Source of the DNA: a virus
Lineage: Duplodnaviria > Caudoviricetes
Length of the DNA stretch: 47,325 bases
Strand: one strand, 5' to 3'
IMG/VR virus record: IMGVR_UViG_3300031454_000253
Location: 1-47,325 of that record
Position numbers and translations under genes: made by a program. Positions 1 through 7,047 of the stretch are shown here, one piece after another. The stretch's first letter is position 1, and the number at the start of each line of letters is the position of its first letter. The notes beneath the pieces were generated by a model, which made no database searches, was not told where the DNA came from, and saw nothing but the letters and a program-made list of their open reading frames with translations.

Positions 1-399
1 CTATCTGACGTACGGCACAGCGAACCCCTCGCGGAGCATCACGGCGCCGATGTCGAGCTCGGCTTCGGTTCGGACGGTCGCAAGGTATCTCCCGAACGAG
101 TCCGGGTCGGGTTTGGTGTGAAGTAGCACCGGCTCACCGGGCGGTATCAGTTCTGTCAGCCTCGCTTTTGCGGCCAGCCCTGCCTCCCTGCTCTCCGCGC
201 GATTGGTCTCCGGCGTGTCGATGCCGAGGATGCGGATGGTGCGGAATGCGTAGTCGTTGAGGCCCACCGAGAGCAGCACACGGAAGGTATCGCCGTCCAC
301 GATGAACTGCACGACGCCTTCGTAGGGTCCATATTCGCACTCAAGTGTTGGGGGCCAGTCGAAGAAGTCGGTTGGCCCTTTCTGTCCACGGGTGCTCAT
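1..399 (-). CDS. Thermonuclease (SNase-like) family nuclease
   Basis: Motifs IVDGDTF, IRILGIDTPE, DSFGRYLA and LREGFA typical of staphylococcal nuclease homologues. Confidence 0.9.
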   Translation of the reverse strand: MSTRGQKGPTDFFDWPPTLECEYGPYEGVVQFIVDGDTFRVLLSVGLNDYAFRTIRILGIDTPETNRAESREAGLAAKARLTELIPPGEPVLLHTKPDPDSFGRYLATVRTEAELDIGAVMLREGFAVPYVR

Positions 400-1166
400 G
401 ACTTCGTAACCTCCGGCCCCGGTGGCGTTGGCGTCGATCGGTCCGTGATCGTGGCCGCTTCACCGCCCTCGTTCAGCAACCGGCGGCATGCTTCACCGGG
501 GATCCAGACGGTGTGTGGGTAACCACGGCCCCAACTGTTGAGTAGTGGGATGGCACCGAGGCTCTTGGTCACCCCGCCGGTCGTGCCAACCGTGAGCGTC
601 TGAATGACTGTCTGCGGGTCGGTCGCCCACCGGTTCTCGCTGATGCCCTCACCGAGCGATTCCGGCGCGCCCTTGCCGAACGCGCCGCGTCGATGGCCCC
701 GCTTGCGGAGAATATCGAGGGCGGCTCGAACCGTCGTGCCACCCCGGTCCCCGGGGTTGGTGTTGGCCAAGCCGTCGATCTTCTTGGCCTCCTCCCAGAT
801 CCAGGGCGCATCATAGCGATAGCGGTTAAGTAGGCTCATCATCCGCGAGGACGAAAAGCCGACGCATGCCCCACCGTAGGGGCTCTGGTTGTAGAGGGAC
901 CACCACGCATCGGGGTCAAGGACGCCATAGGGCTTGGCGCAGATGGCGTGACCGCCGCGCACAGTGCCCCAGCTGGCCTCCCGTCCGATCCACCACCGAC
1001 CACTCGCGTCCTTGGTGGGATGGTCGAAGGCGGTATACCAGCGGACGCCGAACACGACTGGTGTCGGAGTAGTGGGGAGCGTCTCCGGGGTCAGTTCATA
1101 GAGCTCGACATGGTTCCAGTCGGTTGGTTCCTCGCGACCTAATGGGCGGTCGTTTTCAACGGTCAT
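396..1166 (-). CDS. Papain-like (C1) cysteine peptidase with rearranged motif order
   Basis: NQ..GGACVGFS (Gln/Cys), GGHAI (His) and LLNSWG (Asn) motifs are all present. Confidence 0.8.
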   Translation of the reverse strand: MTVENDRPLGREEPTDWNHVELYELTPETLPTTPTPVVFGVRWYTAFDHPTKDASGRWWIGREASWGTVRGGHAICAKPYGVLDPDAWWSLYNQSPYGGACVGFSSSRMMSLLNRYRYDAPWIWEEAKKIDGLANTNPGDRGGTTVRAALDILRKRGHRRGAFGKGAPESLGEGISENRWATDPQTVIQTLTVGTTGGVTKSLGAIPLLNSWGRGYPHTVWIPGEACRRLLNEGGEAATITDRSTPTPPGPEVTKS

Positions 1167-1203
1167 GCGCGTTCCTTTCGATTCCGGCCTAGGGCATAGG
1201 TGC

Positions 1204-1413
1204 TTAGACGACGGGTGTGGCTTCGGTTAAGGTCTCGTTGCCGTCCTCTCGCGAGAACCCGGCGGTAAGGTACTGCGCCTTGTTCGCTTTCCAATCGGAC
1301 TGGCTGACCTGTTTGGTCTCGCCGGTTGTCACGTTGGTGATGGTGTGCATCTTGGTCTGTCCGGCACCCTTGCCGTGCGCGGCACCGCTCTTGCCGTGTG
1401 TCTTCTCGGTCAT
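1204..1413 (-). CDS. Small hypothetical protein
   Basis: AAGGAG RBS before ATG at 1413; 69 aa, MTEKTHGKS... Confidence 0.65.
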   Translation of the reverse strand: MTEKTHGKSGAAHGKGAGQTKMHTITNVTTGETKQVSQSDWKANKAQYLTAGFSREDGNETLTEATPVV

Positions 1414-1469
1414 GGTGATGTTTCTCCTTGATTGATTGCGTAACTGCCGGAATCGAAAGGAACCCACGA

Positions 1470-3401
1470 TCATGCTGGAATGTCCCGTTTGTCCACCCAG
1501 CGAAAGTCAGCGCGCTTCGTGATGTCTGGTAAGAAAAGTACCCACGCGACATCTCCCGGCACACCGAACGTGATCCAATGCGCGCCGGGTGGTGACTCCC
1601 ACCACTCAAGCGCCGGCTGGAGCGTCCCTTCCTTCTCTGCACGCGCAAGCCACAGGGCAGCGACGGCACCAGCCGGATCGAATGCATAAGCCGTGACGCC
1701 GCCGTCCGGCATGAAGCGCCGCAGCTTGCCCCATGCCTTTGCTGCGTACTCCTTGCGGAAGCTATACGGCCACGTTGTCACCGGGGCAGGCGGTTCGGGT
1801 GGAGTCGGCGGTGAGATACCGCCAACTTGCAACTTCTTCGCTTCGAGTCGAACTGCCTCTACCCAGGCGTTGTGATAGCCCCCACCCCATGGCCAGTCGG
1901 CGCCAGCACAACTCGTCGGCGCGAAGCGGTCATGCGTCGCATCGACGCGTATACCGCCAAGCGCATCGTTATAGGGCCACCGGTCGTACTTGATCTTTTC
2001 CTTACTGATGACCACGGCGTAGACCTTGGCAGAGAGGTCCGTCTGTGCGTCGGTAAAGCCCTGCCCGTCAACGTTGCAGTGCTCGGTCGAGAACCCGCAT
2101 TTATTGACCCCACCGGCCCCAAGCTTCTGAACAATCTGGACGCCAATACCCTTGAGGCTCGTCGTCGGACCCGACGCCCACGGCGTCATCCCTGAGCCTT
2201 CCATCGGGTCGGTGCTCCACGGGTCAAGGAGCAGGTAGCCCTTGCCGGACCGATCGATCACCGCATCGGTGGCGGCATCGTTTGCACGAGCTCCACCGGC
2301 ACTAAACAGGTTGTAGATGGCGTCGCGGTCGTCGTGCCCGGCGGTGTGGTGGCAGACGGTGATCGCCATCCCTTTTGATCGATCACCAAGCGCGTCCCAG
2401 CCGTTGCCGGAATCGTTCTTCTTGAGAATGCGTCGGTCGAACCCGTTGGGCCACGGGTGGGGACCGAAGTTGTAAGCAGGACCAGGCACAGGCGTAATCC
2501 CTCCAAGCAGGCGATTGATCCAGTTCACGACTTGCAAGGTGTACGCAGCGAGCGACGCTGGAGACTCGCCGGGCGGTGGCTCCGCTTGGGGGCCCCAGAC
2601 GTACATGCGGACCAGCGCCGCGACCGTGTCGGTGTCGGAGTAGGGGTGGTCACTCAGGCGGGCGGCGTATTCGGCAAACGCAGCAGGCCAGTTCGAGAAC
2701 CACTGCAACTTACGCCCTTGGCTGGTCAGGGTATAGGTTGCTTTGCTCCCCGCCCGGACCATCAGCCCAAGCGGGTTGTGCGCTTCTTGCGCGGTGGCGT
2801 CCCGCCCGAACGTCGATTCTTTTTCCGCCTGGACCAGCGCCAACGCCGTGTATGGCCCCGCCGCCGCGTGACAACCCGGCAGGTCGGTGATGGGGGAGGC
2901 GAGACGCTCGGCCTCTGCCTGATAGGTCGAGAGTGGGACGGCGGGGATGGTGCGCCACGGGGTTTGCGGCGTGATGGTTCCTTTGACCGGCTCCGGCGTT
3001 GGCGACACGGGAACGATGCGCCGTGCCCCTCGGTAGAGCGGCTTGAAATAGTTGCTGAATGGGTCAGAGACAACGACACCTTTGTCCGGGTTGAGGGCGT
3101 TGACCATCTTCCCCGGCGCGACGTAGAGGCCTACGTGGGAGATGGCGTTACCCTCGCGGACCTCACTCCCATTCATCGTGTCGTAGCAGAGCACGTCGCC
3201 TGGTTGCAGGTTGCTCTCTGTGACCGCCACACCAGAGCGCGCCTGGACGTGCGAGTCGCGGCTGATGGTGAGCCCAGCACCTGCCTTCATTGAGTAGTGG
3301 ACGAGGCCGCTACAGTCATACGTGTCTGGCCCCGCCGTCGCCCAGACGTACGGCTTACCGACCTGCTGGAGCGCGATGTCCACGACGGCCTGCCCGGTCA
3401 C
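1470..3401 (-). CDS. Multi-domain endolysin: NlpC/P60 + lysozyme/glucosaminidase-like + Amidase_2-like + C-terminal putative binding domain
   Basis: GKPYVWA..GPDTYDCSGL and SHVGLY (NlpC/P60); KESTFG..HNPLGL (glycosidase-like); CHHTAG, STEH, THDRFAPTSC (Zn amidase); Pro-rich linkers between domains. Confidence 0.85.
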   Translation of the reverse strand: MTGQAVVDIALQQVGKPYVWATAGPDTYDCSGLVHYSMKAGAGLTISRDSHVQARSGVAVTESNLQPGDVLCYDTMNGSEVREGNAISHVGLYVAPGKMVNALNPDKGVVVSDPFSNYFKPLYRGARRIVPVSPTPEPVKGTITPQTPWRTIPAVPLSTYQAEAERLASPITDLPGCHAAAGPYTALALVQAEKESTFGRDATAQEAHNPLGLMVRAGSKATYTLTSQGRKLQWFSNWPAAFAEYAARLSDHPYSDTDTVAALVRMYVWGPQAEPPPGESPASLAAYTLQVVNWINRLLGGITPVPGPAYNFGPHPWPNGFDRRILKKNDSGNGWDALGDRSKGMAITVCHHTAGHDDRDAIYNLFSAGGARANDAATDAVIDRSGKGYLLLDPWSTDPMEGSGMTPWASGPTTSLKGIGVQIVQKLGAGGVNKCGFSTEHCNVDGQGFTDAQTDLSAKVYAVVISKEKIKYDRWPYNDALGGIRVDATHDRFAPTSCAGADWPWGGGYHNAWVEAVRLEAKKLQVGGISPPTPPEPPAPVTTWPYSFRKEYAAKAWGKLRRFMPDGGVTAYAFDPAGAVAALWLARAEKEGTLQPALEWWESPPGAHWITFGVPGDVAWVLFLPDITKRADFRWVDKRDIPA

Positions 3402-3511
3402 CTACTCACCCTGCCCCGGCATCGGCTGGGACGCGGCGTACTGTGCCTTTGCCCTTGCGAGCGCTGCTTCGGGGTCTGGCAGTCCAACATCGGCAAAGAC
3501 GTTGCCGCTAC

Positions 3512-3853
3512 TCACCTCGAACTCTGCCCCGGCATCGGATTGCTCGTGGGCGCCACCCCTGGCGGGAGTGTCGGCTGTGGCGTGCTCATCGAGACATGCG
3601 GCGTCAGCATCATCTCCTGCTCGGGGTCCGGGGTCATCGTGGGATAGGGCGTCATCGTCGCGATGAGCACGATGGCCAGCCCCGGTGTCGGAGTGAGCGC
3701 CGCGGAGACTATCGGGGACGGCCAGGAGACGAGAGTCGAGGGCGCCATAGGCGGGGATGCGGTCGAGGCTCCCCCCAACCACGCTAGCGCGAGAATCAGC
3801 CCGACCGCGAAGCCGATAGCTGTTCCGAGGATCAGCGCATTCGTCGGTCGCAT
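3512..3853 (-). CDS. Membrane-anchored Pro/Thr-rich protein of the lysis cassette
   Basis: GGAGG 8 nt before ATG 3853; N-terminal TM helix (ALILGTAIGFAVGLILALAWLGG) followed by a TPYPTMTP-rich tail. Confidence 0.65.
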   Translation of the reverse strand: MRPTNALILGTAIGFAVGLILALAWLGGASTASPPMAPSTLVSWPSPIVSAALTPTPGLAIVLIATMTPYPTMTPDPEQEMMLTPHVSMSTPQPTLPPGVAPTSNPMPGQSSR

Positions 3854-3922
3854 CCATGCCGCCTCCATGTGCTGCTAGGTTTACCAGTACAGACATAACT
3901 CCGACCCGAGTATACCGCACTC

Positions 3923-4684
3923 CTAACTCACCAAAATGAGATTGACCGCCACGACGACCAGCGAGACGAAGATGGCCGCGCCGATAGCCCAGATACCGCC
4001 GCTAATCTCCGCCCGCCCCGTCTGCGTGCTGCGCCAGGAAATCAGCGGGTCAAGCTTCTTGTCGATGTCCTCTCGCATCATGCTCAGCCGCTTATCCACA
4101 TCTCCCCGCAGCAAATCAATCACCGTATCGGTCGCGTGGGCGCGCTGCTCGAGCATGTCACGACGCACGTAGTCGATACGCTCCTGCTGGATCTGACTTT
4201 TGAAGTTGTTGGACTCCTCGGCTCGCTCAGTCACCGTGAGTTCGAACTTATCCATCGCCCGCTCGTTCTGCATACGCTCTTTATCGTGCGCCACTCGGGC
4301 TTCTTCCATGCGAGTCAAGAATGATCTTTCGAGCGCATCGGTCACGAGCGTGCGCTCGTGACGCAACGTCTCAATCCGCTCAATCAACCCATTGTGCAGC
4401 AACGCCCGTGAGCTAATAATCTCCCCGAGTCGCTGGTCAACGAGCGCAGACAATGAGTCATTCGACGTCTGCGCCTTTTCCCCGGCGGCGACAGTACGCC
4501 GCTCGACTTCAGCGATTCGCAGGAATGACGCTTCCCGAATGGCCAGCATCTGCTCACGGAGAACGGCGATCTCTGTGGCGACCCGCGCCCCGGTAACGTC
4601 CGCCGCCCGCGAGCGGTCAGTGTTGAGGCCCTCCATCGTGCTTGCCAAAAGTTCTTGGTGTGGCGGTGTCTGTCGTTCACTCAT
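3923..4684 (-). CDS. Coiled-coil protein with C-terminal TM helix (holin-like/lysis accessory)
   Basis: Long helical charged region and a C-terminal hydrophobic segment IWAIGAAIFVSLVVVAVNLILVS; lies upstream of the endolysin. Confidence 0.65.
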   Translation of the reverse strand: MSERQTPPHQELLASTMEGLNTDRSRAADVTGARVATEIAVLREQMLAIREASFLRIAEVERRTVAAGEKAQTSNDSLSALVDQRLGEIISSRALLHNGLIERIETLRHERTLVTDALERSFLTRMEEARVAHDKERMQNERAMDKFELTVTERAEESNNFKSQIQQERIDYVRRDMLEQRAHATDTVIDLLRGDVDKRLSMMREDIDKKLDPLISWRSTQTGRAEISGGIWAIGAAIFVSLVVVAVNLILVS

Positions 4685-4688
4685 GTCG

Positions 4689-5339
4689 CTATCTCCGGCA
4701 TTCGTTGGTATACTTCAATGAACGCAAAGTGCCGGGCGGCGCTGAGAACGCCCCCGGCTTGGCACCCCGAATCGACCTGTAAGGAGGTCCCCCGAGATGC
4801 CCGACAACCGTACCACGTGCTGCGACTGCGGGGTGTCGATATCCCCGACTTCTGTGCGATGCGTGCCATGTGAGCACAATCATCGCCGCAGCGTCGACTG
4901 TTGGCGTGTTCGATGGGTTGTTGAAGACCACGGGTACGTGTCTCCGTGCTGGATATGGCAGGGTGCGAAAGCGCGGGGTTATGGGCAGGTGAGCCTGAGT
5001 GGTGTAGGGACCTACGCGCACTGAATTGCCTACGAACGAGCGATAGGGCCGATTCCCGACGGTCTGAGTATTGACCATCTGTGTCGTGTGCCTGCGTGCG
5101 TCAACCCGGAGCACCTGGAAGCGGTGACGAACCGTGAGAATGCGATGCGCGGTATGTCTCCGTCGATAGTGGCGCATCGCACGAATATCTGCATAAAGGG
5201 TCACGCGATGACCGACGACAATACGTACGTGCAGCCGGGTGGGCGGCGAAAGTGTCGTATCTGCAGAAGGGCGACAAGGGCGAGATATCTGGCACAACGT
5301 TCTCTCACGTAGGCTCTGTGCCGATTCATAAAAATCCAT
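4689..5339 (-). CDS. Possible antisense ORF overlapping the whole HNH cassette
   Basis: Purine-rich RBS-like GAAGGACACAGGGGGACC before ATG 5339; open for 216 codons; stop lies 4 nt before the next late gene start. Could be a shadow ORF. Confidence 0.3.
   Translation of the reverse strand: MDFYESAQSLRERTLCQISRPCRPSADTTLSPPTRLHVRIVVGHRVTLYADIRAMRHYRRRHTAHRILTVRHRFQVLRVDARRHTTQMVNTQTVGNRPYRSFVGNSVRVGPYTTQAHLPITPRFRTLPYPARRHVPVVFNNPSNTPTVDAAAMIVLTWHASHRSRGYRHPAVAARGTVVGHLGGPPYRSIRGAKPGAFSAPPGTLRSLKYTNECRR
4706..4799 (+). promoter_or_regulatory. Extended -10 promoter plus structured RNA leader of the HNH gene (copy 1)
   Basis: TGgTATACT at 4706-4714; hairpin GCCGGG-C-GGCG-CTGAGAA-CGCC-CCCGGC; RBS inside hairpin GACCT-GTAAGG-AGGTC; ATG at 4797. 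Confidence 0.7.
4797..5312 (+). pseudogene. HNH homing endonuclease, interrupted by an in-frame TGA at 5022-5024
   Basis: [58 protein letters not shown]; the stop replaces the conserved Arg of the AHR motif. Confidence 0.9.
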
Positions 5340-5356
5340 GGTCCCCCTGTGTCCTT

Positions 5357-5443
5357 CTACTGTGCCTTCCGCGCCATCGCCAGTACCAACTCTTCTAGCG
5401 GTGTTCGCACCGGCTTGAGTGCCAGGGCAGCCGCCGCTTTCAT
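5357..5443 (-). CDS. Putative 28-aa peptide (MKAAAALALKPVRTPLEELVLAMARKAQ)
   Basis: Start overlaps the stop of the upstream gene (TGATG) and the ORF fills the gap. Confidence 0.35.
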   Translation of the reverse strand: MKAAAALALKPVRTPLEELVLAMARKAQ

Positions 5444-5706
5444 CACATCGTCGCCGGTCGGTTCTTCGTCGTCACGTCCCGCCGGTAGTCGAGCGTCTTC
5501 GCCCAGTCCATAAACGTCCGCTGGACCGTGCAGACAGGACAGACAGCCTCCACTCGCTTGATTCCGCCTTCCTCGGCGAAACCTCGGATGGCGGATAAAT
5601 CGGCAAGTTCAAACTGGATCACCGACCGGCAAAAGGGACACAAAAAATGCCCAAGCCAGTCGGGAGGATTCGCCGTGCTTCCGCCGTTACGAATGATCTT
5701 CATCAC
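5443..5706 (-). CDS. Small zinc-ribbon protein
   Basis: CPFC...CPVC motifs. Confidence 0.65.
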   Translation of the reverse strand: MMKIIRNGGSTANPPDWLGHFLCPFCRSVIQFELADLSAIRGFAEEGGIKRVEAVCPVCTVQRTFMDWAKTLDYRRDVTTKNRPATM

Positions 5707-5923
5707 TTACCTCTCCAGCCGCGATCGCGACAATCTGCGTTCCGTCAATCAGTGCATGCGTCGTACCAATAGCCCCGCCAGTCAATCCTACCCGCCGCTC
5801 GATCAGGCGCAACGTAGCGGAATGGTCCTCACGTAGCTCTTCTATCTGTCGCCCCAGTTCGCGGTCCCGTGCGGATAGACCCACCAGCTCACGGCGTTCG
5901 CGATCGGTCAGCTCAGCGATCAT
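5687..5923 (-). CDS. Hypothetical coiled-coil protein (possible fibre chaperone)
   Basis: Coupled to the tail fibre stop (ATGA overlap); helical heptad character. Confidence 0.55.
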   Translation of the reverse strand: MIAELTDRERRELVGLSARDRELGRQIEELREDHSATLRLIERRVGLTGGAIGTTHALIDGTQIVAIAAGEVSDEDHS

Positions 5924-7047
5924 GAGAACAACCCCAGGTTCTTGAGGCCAGAACGGAGATCGTTGGCAAGAGTGATCACCGTCGCCAGGTCGCTCGCAGC
6001 CGCTGCCGAAGCGCGGCGCGTGGTAGCCGCAACGCCGAAGAAGCCGGCGTTTCCCCCGGTGTGACTGAGCGTACCGGTGACGGTGAGCGTGCCCGACACG
6101 GTGCCGCCGCTCGACGAGAGATAGGAGCGATCGAGTTTGTTCGGTGTAATTGCAGAGCCAGCGATCTGGGAGGTGCCGACCGCACCGCTAACGATATGGC
6201 CGGTGTTGACAGAAGCGCCATCGAGCTTGGATCCCGTAACCGATCCAGCGGCAATCTTGCTGGTGTCAACCGCCCCGGTGGCCAGTTGGGCGTTGCCGAC
6301 GGAGCCACTGGCGATCTTGCTTGCCGTAACCGCGCCACTCACGATATGGCCGTTGCCGACTGCGCCAGGGGCAAGCTCTGATCCGGTGATCGCGTTCGCC
6401 ACGATGTGCGAGGCAGTAATCACATTCGCTGCGATCTTGGAGCCCGTAACGGCGCTCCCAACGATGTGCCCGTTGCCGACTGCGCCCGGCGCCAGCTCGG
6501 AACCGGTAATCGAGTCCGCGACAATGTGCGACGCGGTAATCACATTCGCCGCGATTTTGCTTCCCGTAACGGAGCTGGAGACGAGGTGCTCTGTGCTGAC
6601 GCGGCCAACCGCCTGCTCGCTGTCCCAGGTATAGCGCCCGGCTCGCAGCACCGATCCGTCATCACGAATGTCGAGGCCGGCAATGATGTGACCACGTATG
6701 CTCTTGCCGCCTACCGATGGCATCGCCAGATGATGGGTTTCGATCTGCCCGCGCTCACCCCGCCCGGTCGCCACATGCACCGGGATCCACTCGCCGACCG
6801 ACGGTGGTGCTCCGGCGGCGCGTGGCATCCATCGTCCGGTGCCGCTGCTATCTTCGGGTCGTCGGACACGAACCGACGTTGAGTCGCTGGAGATGGAATC
6901 GACGATGCCGACGTAGCCGGTGGCCGCGTCGATCTCGGCAACCTGAGCGCGTCGCATCTGGTCGACGAGCGCCCCGCTCTTGGAGAGCAGATCGTCCGAT
7001 CGTCCGTTCCGTCGCTCTTGCCCCCGCTCCCGTCCCGACTCAGCCAT
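5920..7047 (-). CDS. Tail spike/fibre protein with 10-aa repeats
   Basis: OB-fold-like N-terminus (GIVDSIS..VRVRR), GAVTASKIA-type repeats, C-terminal GFFG..LANDLRSGLKNLGLF helix typical of fibre ends; RBS GGAGGG before ATG 7047. Confidence 0.8.
   Translation of the reverse strand: MAESGRERGQERRNGRSDDLLSKSGALVDQMRRAQVAEIDAATGYVGIVDSISSDSTSVRVRRPEDSSGTGRWMPRAAGAPPSVGEWIPVHVATGRGERGQIETHHLAMPSVGGKSIRGHIIAGLDIRDDGSVLRAGRYTWDSEQAVGRVSTEHLVSSSVTGSKIAANVITASHIVADSITGSELAPGAVGNGHIVGSAVTGSKIAANVITASHIVANAITGSELAPGAVGNGHIVSGAVTASKIASGSVGNAQLATGAVDTSKIAAGSVTGSKLDGASVNTGHIVSGAVGTSQIAGSAITPNKLDRSYLSSSGGTVSGTLTVTGTLSHTGGNAGFFGVAATTRRASAAAASDLATVITLANDLRSGLKNLGLFS
6341..6572. repeat. Approximately 120-bp tandem duplication in the fibre gene
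   Basis: Two 40-aa units (SSVTGSKIAANVITASHIVAxxITGSELAPGAVGNGHIV) with mostly synonymous DNA differences. Confidence 0.8.

Noticed and set aside
5022-5024. TGA as selenocysteine or Trp recoding in the HNH gene
   Set aside because: The position corresponds to the conserved Arg of AHR; a CGA-to-TGA transition is the simplest explanation.
6341-6572. Diversity-generating retroelement template/variable repeat pair in the fibre gene
   Set aside because: The repeats are adjacent and in frame, differences are not adenine-specific, and no reverse transcriptase is present.
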